Source: Candidatus Nealsonbacteria bacterium (GTDB lineage Bacteria > Patescibacteriota > Minisyncoccia > Minisyncoccales > RBG-13-42-11). From it: 42,333 bases of DNA. Position numbers and translations under genes: made by a program. The number at the start of each line of letters is the position of its first letter. Position 1 is the stretch's first letter. The stretch covers positions 1-42,333 of the forward strand of contig JAPLXL010000003.1 in the NCBI GenBank assembly GCA_026396115.1, read 5' to 3'. Below, one piece after another: positions 17,440 through 26,131 of the stretch. The notes beneath the pieces are model-generated. The model was not told the DNA's origin and searched no databases. It saw only the letters and a list, made by a program, of their open reading frames with translations.

Positions 17440-18946
17440 AGGCATTATTACAACTTATACTTTGGTTTTTGGGGCGATCTTTTTGCTTCTGCTTTCCGGT
17501 CTTTTAGGATTTATTCTTTTACAACTTAGACAAGCCGAACAAAGATTAAACTGGAACCAATCTTTACACATTGCTGAAGCTGGCCTTGATTATTACAGAT
17601 GGTGCTTAAACAATGAGATTGAACAAAATTGCCAAGGTCAAAAAGATTATTATGACCCAGCCGGGAATTTTGTCGGTCAATTTTCAATAGAGGATCTTTC
17701 TGCTTTAGCTTGTGACCAAATTACTTCTCGAAAAATAACTTCTGCTGGCTGGACCAATAAGTATCCTCAAATAAAAAGAAAAATTAGTGTTTTATATGCC
17801 AGGGAATCGGTGGCAAAATATTCTTATATTTTGAATGACAATGTCTGGATAGGAGCAGACCATGAAATCAGAGGACCATATCATTCAAATGGCGGAATCA
17901 GATTTGATGGAGAAAATCAATCTTTGGTTACTTCAGCCAAAAATGAATGGATTTGCACCGCCTCTTTTGGTTGCGGCCCAAAAGGATTTCCAGGAAAAGG
18001 ATGGGGACTTGGTCAATGTGGTGATCCTTGCCACCTTGAAGACAAAAATTGTGTTTGCCCAGGAGTATTTACCACTACTCAAAATTCAAAACCGGACTTA
18101 TTTTCATTTCCTGTTCCGCCTTTTGATTTTGCTGGAATTACCACTGATTTAGCTCAGATGAAAAAATTAACTAAAGAAGAAGGTAAGGGATTATATTTTG
18201 GTCCCTCTGGCGCAAAAGGTTATCGTATCGTTATTAATGAAGATAATATAAAAGTTTGGAAAGTTTTGAGTACAAGAATGCTCGATAAAATCTGCACGGT
18301 TGTTGGTTCTAAGGTAATTTGTGATGGTGGAACCTGTGAACCGGAATGTCCTGAATGCCAAGCGGGCAAATGCATAGTCAGAGATCCGGTAATAGAAACT
18401 GAAAACATTATCTATGATGATCAAATTTCCCAAGATTGCGGATTAATTTTTTTTGAAGACGAACTTTGGGTGGGAAAGGAGAATGTAGAGAGCAAGATAA
18501 AAGGGAAAATTACTATTGTTTCCGCTGATTTAATCGACCCAAACAAAGAAACCAATGTCTGGTTGCAAGGGAATATCGGTTACGTCAGGGGAAGCGAATT
18601 GGATGGTTTACTTCTTATTGCCCAGCACAATAACTTAATCGGCCTTTATTCTCCAAATGTAATAGAATTGAGGGGAATTTTTGTTGCCCAAACCGGCTTT
18701 TTTGGTAGAAACCACTATCCTTGTGCTGAATATTCGTCCTATTGTCTGAGAGAAAAATTAGAAATTTATGGTTCAATAATTAGTAATGGCCGGGTAGGAA
18801 CTCAATGGATTTCCGGAAGTCAGGTTGTTTCCGGTTATTTAAAAAGAGAAAGCTATTTTGATTCAAATTTAGTTTACAATCCTCCTCCTTTTACGCCTTA
18901 TACTGTTTCTGATTTTAAGATTGTCAATTGGGAAGAAATAGAATAA
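17432..18946 (+). CDS. Minor pilin (PilX-like) with Cys-rich domains
   Basis: MNKG|I leader lacking Glu5, then IAEAG, GPYHSNGGI and a C-terminal WEE. Confidence 0.75.
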   Translation: MNKGIITTYTLVFGAIFLLLLSGLLGFILLQLRQAEQRLNWNQSLHIAEAGLDYYRWCLNNEIEQNCQGQKDYYDPAGNFVGQFSIEDLSALACDQITSRKITSAGWTNKYPQIKRKISVLYARESVAKYSYILNDNVWIGADHEIRGPYHSNGGIRFDGENQSLVTSAKNEWICTASFGCGPKGFPGKGWGLGQCGDPCHLEDKNCVCPGVFTTTQNSKPDLFSFPVPPFDFAGITTDLAQMKKLTKEEGKGLYFGPSGAKGYRIVINEDNIKVWKVLSTRMLDKICTVVGSKVICDGGTCEPECPECQAGKCIVRDPVIETENIIYDDQISQDCGLIFFEDELWVGKENVESKIKGKITIVSADLIDPNKETNVWLQGNIGYVRGSELDGLLLIAQHNNLIGLYSPNVIELRGIFVAQTGFFGRNHYPCAEYSSYCLREKLEIYGSIISNGRVGTQWISGSQVVSGYLKRESYFDSNLVYNPPPFTPYTVSDFKIVNWEEIE

Positions 18947-18958
18947 AATTATTATAAG

Positions 18959-19068
18959 ATGTTCAATGAATCTTTGATTCATTTCACCTTTGAGTTCAAT
19001 GAATCTTTGATTCATTTCGATCTTCATTAAATTTTCAATTTAATTCGATGTTCAATGAATTTTTAATT
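18959..19068 (+). repeat. Family II palindrome array (4 units)
   Basis: TTC-AATGAATC-TTT-GATTCATT-TC twice, the variant TTC-ATTAAATT-TTC-AATTTAAT-TCG, and one partial unit. Confidence 0.85.
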
Positions 19069-19070
19069 AT

Positions 19071-19119
19071 CTAGCTTCCGAAGGAAGCGAAGATGGAGAA
19101 GAGATTTATCTCTTCGACT
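19071..19119 (-). repeat. Family I element upstream of pilM
   Basis: CTAGCTTCCGAAGGAAGCGAAGATGGAGAAGAGATTTATCTCTTCGACT. Confidence 0.9.
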
Positions 19120-19126
19120 TATTTCA

Positions 19127-20230
19127 ATGTTTGATTTTCTTAGTTTAAAACAACAAGCCTTTGGTTTGGACATCTCTGATTTATCTTTAAAAATTGTAAA
19201 ACTTAAAAAAAATGGCCGGTTTTTCGATTTGGCTTCTTTTGGCGAAACTCAAATTAAGCCCAGAGTAGTTAAAAAAGGAGAAATTAGAGACCAAGACAAA
19301 TTAGCAGAAATAATTAAAAAAGCGGTGCGAGAGGTAAAAGGTGAAAAATTGGGAACAAGAAATGCCGTGGTTTCTTTGTCAGAAGAGAAAGCTTTTTTGC
19401 AAGTAATTCAAATGCCCCGACTTTCAGAGGAAGATTTAAAATCAGCCGTAATTTTTGAAGCTGAAAATCACATACCCTTGCCAATTGAAGAAGTTTACTT
19501 GGATTATCAGATTATTTCTCCCTTGCGTAACCATTTGGACCACCTCGATGTTTTAATTGCTGCTTTTCCAAAAAAAATAATTGATTCTTACGTAACTTGC
19601 CTTAAAAAGGCAAATATCAAACCAATTGTTTTAGAAATTGAATCTTTAGCCATTAGCCGCGCTTTGATTAAAGATGAAACTACTACCCGACCCGTTCTTT
19701 TAATTGATTTTGGCGCCAACCGAAGCGTTTTTATTATTTTTGCCGGTTGCTCTGTGAGATTTACTTTTTCTATACCTGTTTCTTCCCAAAGTTTTACCGA
19801 AGTTGTCTCTCGAGCAATGAAAATCGATTTAATCAAAGCTGAAAAATTAAAAATAAAATATGGGCTGGAAGAAAAGTCTACAAAAATAGGAAAAGAGGTT
19901 TTCGAATCTCTTATTCCTGCTTTAACCGATTTAACCGAGCAAATTAAAAAATACCTTGATTATTATCAGACCCACGCTTTTCACGAGCACTTACCGCCAA
20001 ACGGTAAAGGAATAGAAAAAATTTTAATTTGCGGAGGCGGAGCTAAATTAAAGGGATTTACTTCTTTTCTTTCGTCTGAATTAAAAATCCCGGTTGAAAT
20101 TGGCAATCCCTGGATAAATATTTTGCCTCCCACCGTCCAACCCAAAGAGCAAATGTTAATTTATGAAAAAGAAGAATCTTTGGGCTACACTACTGCCCTA
20201 GGACTAGCCCTCCGTGGCATATATGATTAA
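19127..20230 (+). CDS. pilM: Type IV pilus assembly protein PilM
   Basis: FGLDISD, HIPLPIEEVYLDY, LIDFGA, ICGGGA and ALGLALR. Confidence 0.95.
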   Translation: MFDFLSLKQQAFGLDISDLSLKIVKLKKNGRFFDLASFGETQIKPRVVKKGEIRDQDKLAEIIKKAVREVKGEKLGTRNAVVSLSEEKAFLQVIQMPRLSEEDLKSAVIFEAENHIPLPIEEVYLDYQIISPLRNHLDHLDVLIAAFPKKIIDSYVTCLKKANIKPIVLEIESLAISRALIKDETTTRPVLLIDFGANRSVFIIFAGCSVRFTFSIPVSSQSFTEVVSRAMKIDLIKAEKLKIKYGLEEKSTKIGKEVFESLIPALTDLTEQIKKYLDYYQTHAFHEHLPPNGKGIEKILICGGGAKLKGFTSFLSSELKIPVEIGNPWINILPPTVQPKEQMLIYEKEESLGYTTALGLALRGIYD

Positions 20231-20774
20231 TCTTTTACCGCACCAAAACAAAGAAGAACTTTTACAGGAAGAAAACTGGAAGATTGTTATGATTTTAGGG
20301 ATTAATATATTAGTAATTTTTGTTTGTTTTGTTTTAATTTTATATTCAATAAACATTTTTATTTCCGGAGAAATTAATTTTCAAAAAATTATTTATGAAC
20401 AAAGAGAGAAAGAATTTGAAACTTCCCAAATGCAGACTCTTCAGCAAAATTTAATAACTTTTAACGAAACTCTCTCACGCTTAGATTCTTTCTATCAGGA
20501 TTGGTTTAACGCAACAAAAATTTTAGAAGAAATTTCAGAAACTATTCCTTCAGAAATCTATCTGACCAATTTATCAATTGATCCGAAAACTGTAAAAGAA
20601 AAAGAAGTAGAATGTATTCTGGTCGGTTTTTCTCCCACTCGAGAAGACCTACTTTTGTTTAAAGAAAATTTAGAAAAAAAAGAAATTTTTGAAGAAGTTT
20701 ATTTTCCGCCAGCCAATTGGGTGAAACCAACAGATATCAACTTTAGGGTTACTTTCAAAATAAAATGGCAATAA
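20223..20774 (+). CDS. pilN: PilN-like protein
   Basis: MINLLP PilM-binding motif and a TM helix; follows pilM. Confidence 0.85.
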   Translation: MINLLPHQNKEELLQEENWKIVMILGINILVIFVCFVLILYSINIFISGEINFQKIIYEQREKEFETSQMQTLQQNLITFNETLSRLDSFYQDWFNATKILEEISETIPSEIYLTNLSIDPKTVKEKEVECILVGFSPTREDLLLFKENLEKKEIFEEVYFPPANWVKPTDINFRVTFKIKWQ

Positions 20775-21304
20775 AGAAGAAAATCTATTTAACGTTAATA
20801 ATTTTTTCGCTTTTAATTATTCTAATAATTGTTTTTGTTATTTTTCCTCTTTTTCGCGGGATAAAAAATAATTCCAAAGAATTAATTGTTCAAAAAGAAA
20901 AATTTGTCGCCTTGGAGGAAAAAATTACAAATCTTGAAAAATTCAAAGTTTTGTACGCAGAACTTCAACATTTTTTAAAAGAAATTGACAACTTGTTTGT
21001 TGATTCGGGGGTCCCGGTAGAATTTATTAGTTTTTTGGAAAAAACTTCTGAAAAATCTCAGCTTAAAATTGAAATCCTGCCTACCTCCGACAAAAAAATG
21101 GAAAAGGATTTTTGGCCCTTTCTTACTTTTCAAATAACTTCTACCGGTTCTTTTACTAATTTTTTAAAATTTTTAGAAAAATTAGAAAATGGTCTCTATT
21201 TGGTTGAAGTACAAAATGTAAGCATCAGTAAATTAACAGGAGATAATGACATTGTTTCAGATAATGTTAGGGCTAATTTTTCCGTCAAAGTTTTTGTTAA
21301 ATAA
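20765..21304 (+). CDS. pilO: PilO-like protein
   Basis: TM helix, coiled coil, GSFTNFLKFLEKLEN, and synteny with pilM-pilN. Confidence 0.8.
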   Translation: MAIKKKIYLTLIIFSLLIILIIVFVIFPLFRGIKNNSKELIVQKEKFVALEEKITNLEKFKVLYAELQHFLKEIDNLFVDSGVPVEFISFLEKTSEKSQLKIEILPTSDKKMEKDFWPFLTFQITSTGSFTNFLKFLEKLENGLYLVEVQNVSISKLTGDNDIVSDNVRANFSVKVFVK

Positions 21305-21309
21305 AATAA

Positions 21310-21364
21310 TCAATGAATTTTCAATTCATTTCAATCTTCAATAAATTTTCAATTTATTTCGATG
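21310..21364 (+). repeat. Family II palindrome array (2 units) ending in the next ATG
   Basis: TCAATGAATTTTCAATTCATTTCAATCTTCAATAAATTTTCAATTTATTTCGATG. Confidence 0.8.
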
Positions 21365-21664
21365 CTTAAAATAAAATTTAAAAAAATTAAAAAATCTTTA
21401 AAAAATCTGCCAAGAATTTTGGCAGAAAAAAGTTTTTTGACTTTTTTAGGGTTATTTTTTGTCGTTTTTCTTTTGGGATTGGCTGTTTTTTATTATTCCT
21501 ATGTTTTTTTAACCGAAATTTCCGATGAAACCATAGAGGAAGAAAAACTATTGAAACTTGACATGGAAAGCCAGCAAAAAGTTTTAGAGGAATGGCAAAA
21601 AAGAAACGAAAAATTCTTGGAGGCCGATATCAAAGAATATCCCGACCCCTTTAAAGTTGACTAA
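21362..21664 (+). CDS. Small membrane protein in the pilP position
   Basis: One TM helix and a C-terminal DPF motif; follows pilO. Confidence 0.7.
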   Translation: MLKIKFKKIKKSLKNLPRILAEKSFLTFLGLFFVVFLLGLAVFYYSYVFLTEISDETIEEEKLLKLDMESQQKVLEEWQKRNEKFLEADIKEYPDPFKVD

Positions 21665-21700
21665 AAAATAATTTGAGATAGAATATAACCGTTAAAAATC

Positions 21701-21774
21701 GCCCTCGTAGCTTAATTGGATAAAGCAGGGCCCTTCTAAGGCCAAGAGTGTAGGTTCGAGTCCTGCCGAGGGCA
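21701..21774 (+). tRNA. tRNA-Arg(TCT)
   Basis: Acceptor GCCCTCG/CGAGGGC, loop CT-TCT-AA. A possible promoter TTGACT-16-TAGAAT lies at 21657-21684. Confidence 0.95.
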
Positions 21775-21794
21775 TTAAATATGAAATAAGATAT

Positions 21795-21866
21795 GGGGAT
21801 CGTGGTGTAATAGTAGCACTAGGATCTGTGGAGTCCTCGGTACGGATGCAAATTCCGTCGATCCCC
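21795..21866 (+). tRNA. tRNA-His(GTG)
   Basis: Encoded G-1, C73, loop CT-GTG-GA, atypical T-loop TGCAAAT. Confidence 0.92.
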
Positions 21867-21892
21867 CAAAAAATTTCTCGAGTAATCTAATC

Positions 21893-21919
21893 AAAAAACA
21901 GCCTTCAAAGCTGTTTTTT
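21893..21919. terminator. Bidirectional terminator
   Basis: AAAAAACAGC...GCTGTTTTTT between the tRNAs and convergent htrA. Confidence 0.8.
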
Positions 21920-21958
21920 TTGTTTAATATAATGAAACGCTTCTCGGCCCCGTTTCAT

Positions 21959-22984
21959 TTATTTCTTCTCTTCCAGTTTTGCTTTTAGATTTATTTCTTT
22001 GCCGGCTCTAAGAACTTTTAAAGAAATTTCTTGATTAACTTCGCATTTTTGGAGAATATGCGAGAGCGGATTTTCTTCGGTAATTTTTTCTCCTTGGCAT
22101 TCTAAAATTATATCAAACTCTTTTAAACCGGCTTTTTCAGCAGCGCCTCCTGTGATTATGGCTGATTCTCCCAGGACCTCTCTGACAATTAAGGCGCCGT
22201 AATCCACCGGTAACTTATCCTTATCTGCAATTTCTTTGTTCAAAATAATATATTTTACTCCCAAAAATGGTCTCTTTATCTTTCCGTATTTTTTAACTTC
22301 TTCCAAATCTTTTTTGGCATAATTAATCGGAATAGCGAAACCAATGTTTTGAGCGCCCATTACGGTCGCCGTATTGATGCCGATTACTTTTCCTTCAATA
22401 TTGACCAAGGGACCGCCGGAATTTCCCGGGTTAATAGCGGCATCGGTTTGGATTAAACCCCTTAGCATTTCTGCTTGCCTGGATAAGCCAGAAAAAGCAG
22501 TGATATAGCGCGATAACCCGGAAACCACTCCGGTGCTTACCGTGTCGTGGAATTCGCCAAGAGCGTTGCCAATAGCAATTACGGTTTCTCCCAGTTCAAT
22601 TTTATCCGAATCTCCTAATTCTAAATAAGGAAAATTTTTAATGTTTATCTTTAAAATAGCCACGTCATTAATTGGATCTCGAGAGATTACTTTAGCCGGA
22701 TAAGTTTTGTTTGGTTCATAAATAACGGTATAATCCGCATCTCTTTCGGCAACAACATGGTTTGAAGTGATAATATAACCATCGGGGTAGACAATAAAAC
22801 CAGAGCCACCTCCGATTTTTGTTTTTTCTCTTTTGCCTTTTTTCATTTTAGGAACAACAAATTCTTGGCTGCCATAAGGAAAAAAATAAAATCCCTCTAT
22901 TTTGGGAAGGTCGCGGGAAATAACAATGGTGACTACTGCCGGACAAGCCCTTTTAACAATTTCAATAATTGGTGACTTTTCCAT
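21959..22984 (-). CDS. htrA: HtrA/DegP-like trypsin protease with one PDZ domain
   Basis: GSGFI, TSNHVV, DVAILK and TDAAINPGNSGGPL. No signal peptide is visible. Confidence 0.93.
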   Translation of the reverse strand: MEKSPIIEIVKRACPAVVTIVISRDLPKIEGFYFFPYGSQEFVVPKMKKGKREKTKIGGGSGFIVYPDGYIITSNHVVAERDADYTVIYEPNKTYPAKVISRDPINDVAILKINIKNFPYLELGDSDKIELGETVIAIGNALGEFHDTVSTGVVSGLSRYITAFSGLSRQAEMLRGLIQTDAAINPGNSGGPLVNIEGKVIGINTATVMGAQNIGFAIPINYAKKDLEEVKKYGKIKRPFLGVKYIILNKEIADKDKLPVDYGALIVREVLGESAIITGGAAEKAGLKEFDIILECQGEKITEENPLSHILQKCEVNQEISLKVLRAGKEINLKAKLEEKK

Positions 22985-23003
22985 TTTTTTATTTTATCAT
23001 CAA

Positions 23004-23049
23004 AGGCGAAGAGAGACAAGCTCTCTTCTTCACCTTCGCTCCGCTCGGT
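23004..23049 (+). repeat. Family I element (46 bp), intergenic
   Basis: AGGCGAAGAGAGACAAGCTCTCTTCTTCACCTTCGCTCCGCTCGGT. Confidence 0.9.
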
Positions 23050-23106
23050 AAATGATTGTCAACAAGCAAAAATTATGATAACCTTAATAATTGAAAATTA
23101 TTATTT

Positions 23107-23178
23107 GTCCCCGTCGTTCAACGGATAGGACGAGGGTTTCCTAAACCCTAAATGAAGGTTCGATTCCTTCCAGGGACA
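23107..23178 (+). tRNA. tRNA-Arg(CCT)
   Basis: Loop TT-CCT-AA, T-loop TTCGATT, one C-A mismatch in the acceptor stem. Confidence 0.92.
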
Positions 23179-23193
23179 CAAATAAACAAATAG

Positions 23194-23230
23194 GGGCCTG
23201 TAGCTTAGAGGAGAGAGCGCCCCCTTTCCA
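23194..23230 (+). pseudogene. tRNA 5'-half fragment (Ala-like)
   Basis: GGGCCTG-TA-GCTT-AGAGGAGA-GAGC-G-CCCCC-TTTCCA, with no 3' half. Confidence 0.65.
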
Positions 23231-23235
23231 TTCTT

Positions 23236-23306
23236 GGGCCTATGGTATAGTGGTAACACGCGTCCATGGCATGGACGAGTCCGGGGTTCGAGTCCCCGTA
23301 GGTCCA
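23236..23306 (+). tRNA. tRNA-Ala(GGC)
   Basis: G3:U70 pair, loop AT-GGC-AT. Confidence 0.95.
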
Positions 23307-23312
23307 TAAAAA

Positions 23313-23395
23313 GGAGGGTTGCGATAATGGCTATTCGGCTGGTTTCGAAAACCAGTGGGAGCAATCCCTTGCAGGTTCGAGTCCTGCACCCTCCG
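23313..23395 (+). tRNA. tRNA-Ser(CGA)
   Basis: Long variable arm, loop TT-CGA-AA, G73. Confidence 0.95.
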
Positions 23396-23443
23396 CAGTG
23401 TTACCAATATGTTCAATGAATTTTTAATTCATTTCAATTTTCA

Positions 23444-23854
23444 ATGTTTAATTTTTTTAAAAAACAAAAAAAAGAGCCAAAAGACTTAAAAGAAATTTTA
23501 GAGCAATTTAAGGTTTTAGAAGGCAGTTTTGATAAACTTTCTCTAGAATTTGAGAATTTAAAGAAAGAACACCAGTTTTCGGTTCAGAAGGTTGGAATTA
23601 TAAGATTCAATCCTTTTTCCGAAGTTGGCGGAGACCAAAGCTTTTCTATTGCTTTGCTTGATGGAAACGATGACGGTTTGGTGATTACCAGTTTTTATAC
23701 GAGAGAGGGAAACAGAGTCTACGGAAAACCAATAAAAAATGGAAAATCTCAATACGCGTTTTCTCAGGAAGAAATAAAAGCAATTGAAATGGCAGAAAAA
23801 AGTAGTAGTAATAGATATGATGAAGAATCAAAAAACAACAACTCGGCCACCTGA
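23444..23854 (+). CDS. DUF4446-like protein
   Basis: RFNPFSEVGGDQSFSIALLD...YGKPI. A family II unit (23409-23446) precedes it. Confidence 0.8.
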   Translation: MFNFFKKQKKEPKDLKEILEQFKVLEGSFDKLSLEFENLKKEHQFSVQKVGIIRFNPFSEVGGDQSFSIALLDGNDDGLVITSFYTREGNRVYGKPIKNGKSQYAFSQEEIKAIEMAEKSSSNRYDEESKNNNSAT

Positions 23855-25472
23855 GCCGCAGCAAGAGGGGAAGAAGAGAATTTATCCTCTTCGACCTCCC
23901 GAGCCGCAGCGAGGGGCGGAGAAGAAGATTTATCTTCTTCGACCGCCAATCGTGGTGGTTCTGGGACATATTGATCATGGGAAGACCTCTCTCCTTACCG
24001 CCATAAAGGATTTTAAAATTTTAGAGAAAGAAACCGGAGGTATTACTCAACATATCGGGGCTTACCAGATTGAACATCAGGGTAAAAAAATCACTTTTCT
24101 TGATACGCCGGGCCATGAGGCTTTTTCTCAAATGCGCTCCAGGGGAGCGAAAGTGGCTGATATCGCAATTTTAGTTATTGATGCGGCAGAAGGAGTAAAG
24201 TCTCAAACAAAAGAAGCAATCTCACATATTAAAAAAGCCGGAATTCCGGTAATAATTGCTTTAAATAAAATTGACAAGCCTGAAGCCAATCCGGAAAAAG
24301 CAAAAAGAGAATTATCTCAAGAAGGTTTTTTAGTTGAGTCATTGGGAGGTAAGGTTCCTTCGCTTGAAATTTCAGCTAAAACCAAAAAGGGTATCCCCGA
24401 ACTTTTAGAATTAATTTTATTGGTAGCAGAAATGGAGGAATTAAAAGCCGATTCTCAAAAACCGGGGGAAGGCCTGGTCATTGAATCGTATTTGGACAAT
24501 TTAAGAGGCCCTACCGCCACCTTGCTTTTAACCGACGGCCACTTGAAAATAGGAGATACGGTTGGCACAAATTCAGCTTCTGTCAGAATTAAAAACATAG
24601 AAAATTTTCAAAAAACTTCCGTTCAAAAGGCACTTCCTTCAGACCCCGTGATTATTTTCGGTTTTAATCAAGCTCCTGGAGTTGGTGAGAAATTTAAGGT
24701 TTTTCCGGATTTGGCAAGCGCTGAAAATTATATTAAAACTTCAAAGGGCGGAGAAGATAAATCTTCTTCTTCCCCCTTCGCTGTCGCTCGGGAAGAAAAA
24801 GGAAAAGCTTCGGAAGTTTTAGAGGCAACTGATCAACAAAAGGTTTTAAATTTAATTTTAAAAACCGATGTTTTGGGATCTGCCGAAGCTATGGAAGGAA
24901 TTTTAAACTCTTTTCCGCAAGAAAAGATTTTTTTAAAGATTCTAAAATCAGAAACAGGCAACATTAACGAATCCGATATTAAATTAGCTCTCAGCAGCAG
25001 AGCAACAATTTTGGGCTTTAGGGTGAAGATGGATTTTATTGCTAAAAAGATGGCCGAGCGGGAAAAAGTTAAGATAATAATTTTTGAAGTTATTTATGAT
25101 TTGGTCGAGAGAGTGCGTAAAATAATGGAAAAAATTGTTGAACCGAAAGAATTGAGGACGGATTTTGGAAAAGTAAAAGTTTTAGCTAAATTTCTAACAG
25201 AAAAAAACCGCCAGATTATTGGTGGTAGAGTAACAGAGGGGGAGATAAAAAAAGGAGCTCTGATCGAAGTTTTTAGACCTGCCCGCGACGCAGGTGGAGG
25301 GAGGACAGAAGAGAAGATTGGACAAGGAAAAATGATTAACCTCCAAAGAAACAAAAAAAATGCAGTTTTAATCTCAAAAGGAGAAGAATGCGGGATTTTA
25401 TTTGAGGGAGATGTAATAATTGAAGAAGGAGATATTTTGTTGTTTTACACAGAAGAAAAGAAAAAAGGCTAG
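23817..25472 (+). CDS. infB: Translation initiation factor IF-2 (short form) with repeat-derived insertions
   Basis: GHIDHGKT, GGITQHIGAY, DTPGHEAF, NKID and GEECGI. The ATG at 23817 is preferred over the upstream alternative start. Confidence 0.96.
   Translation: MMKNQKTTTRPPEPQQEGKKRIYPLRPPEPQRGAEKKIYLLRPPIVVVLGHIDHGKTSLLTAIKDFKILEKETGGITQHIGAYQIEHQGKKITFLDTPGHEAFSQMRSRGAKVADIAILVIDAAEGVKSQTKEAISHIKKAGIPVIIALNKIDKPEANPEKAKRELSQEGFLVESLGGKVPSLEISAKTKKGIPELLELILLVAEMEELKADSQKPGEGLVIESYLDNLRGPTATLLLTDGHLKIGDTVGTNSASVRIKNIENFQKTSVQKALPSDPVIIFGFNQAPGVGEKFKVFPDLASAENYIKTSKGGEDKSSSSPFAVAREEKGKASEVLEATDQQKVLNLILKTDVLGSAEAMEGILNSFPQEKIFLKILKSETGNINESDIKLALSSRATILGFRVKMDFIAKKMAEREKVKIIIFEVIYDLVERVRKIMEKIVEPKELRTDFGKVKVLAKFLTEKNRQIIGGRVTEGEIKKGALIEVFRPARDAGGGRTEEKIGQGKMINLQRNKKNAVLISKGEECGILFEGDVIIEEGDILLFYTEEKKKG
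23850..23944 (-). repeat. Two tandem family I elements (48-bp period), in frame in infB
   Basis: They encode RPPEPQQEGKKRIYPL-RPPEPQRGAEKKIYLL before the native RPPIV. Confidence 0.92.
24746..24793 (+). repeat. Family I element (48 bp), in frame in the infB linker
   Basis: GGGCGGAGAAGATAAATCTTCTTCTTCCCCCTTCGCTGTCGCTCGGGA, encoding GGEDKSSSSPFAVARE. Confidence 0.9.
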
Positions 25473-25501
25473 TTGTAAAATTTTTAATCTTCAAACCTAC
25501 T

Positions 25502-25846
25502 GTGTCTAATCGTCTTGCCCGCGTTAATCAGTTAATTAAAAAGGAGTTATCGCAAATTATTCTAAGGGAAGTTAAGTTTTTATCGGGCGTTTTGGTGACC
25601 TTAACCAGAGTTGAAACAACTCCTAATCTAAACGAAAGCAAAGTATATATCGGCGTAATACCCGAAAATAAAACCGAGAGCGTTTTTCAAATTTTGAACA
25701 AGCAAATTTATCGGCTGCAGCAAGAATTAAATCATAGATTAAATATGAGGCCGGTTCCCAGGATTTATTTTGCTAAAGAGAAAGACACGATAATGGCAGG
25801 TAGAGTTGAGGAAATTCTGGAAAAATTGAAAAAAGAAAAGAAATAG
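25502..25846 (+). CDS. rbfA: Ribosome-binding factor A
   Basis: RLARVNQLIKKELS, VTLTRV and MRPVPRIYF; follows infB. Confidence 0.93.
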   Translation: MSNRLARVNQLIKKELSQIILREVKFLSGVLVTLTRVETTPNLNESKVYIGVIPENKTESVFQILNKQIYRLQQELNHRLNMRPVPRIYFAKEKDTIMAGRVEEILEKLKKEKK

Positions 25847-25900
25847 AATATAATCCACACGAATTAGGATGCGAATTATATGCGAATTTTATACAAATAG

Positions 25901-25972
25901 GGCCAGGTAGCCAAGTAGTAAGGCATTGGTCTGCAAAACCAATATACATGGGTGCAAATCCCATCCTGGCCT
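25901..25972 (+). tRNA. tRNA-Cys(GCA)
   Basis: Loop CT-GCA-AA, U73, atypical T-loop TGCAAAT. Confidence 0.93.
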
Positions 25973-25979
25973 CAAATTT

Positions 25980-26067
25980 GCCCGGGTGTTGGAACTGGTA
26001 GACAAAATTGACTTAAAATCAATTGGGATTTATTCCCGTGAGGGTTCGAGTCCCTCCCCGGGCACCA
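25980..26067 (+). tRNA. tRNA-Leu(TAA), CCA encoded
   Basis: Long variable arm, loop CT-TAA-AA. Confidence 0.95.
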
Positions 26068-26094
26068 AAAATCCGGCTCCAATGGCCGGATTTT
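26068..26094. terminator. Bidirectional terminator
   Basis: AAAATCCGGC...GCCGGATTTT. Confidence 0.8.
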
Positions 26095-26131
26095 AAATTT
26101 GAAACAGTTTACAATCGTGAATTATTTAATT

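Noticed and set aside
18959-19068. Possible mini-CRISPR array (palindromic repeats)
   Set aside because: Units are adjacent or separated by only a few bases, there are no unique spacers of 25-45 bp, and no cas genes are in the window.
23101-23419. ORFs over tRNA clusters (also 25773-25964 and 26810-27076)
   Set aside because: They are shadows of GC-rich tRNA genes.
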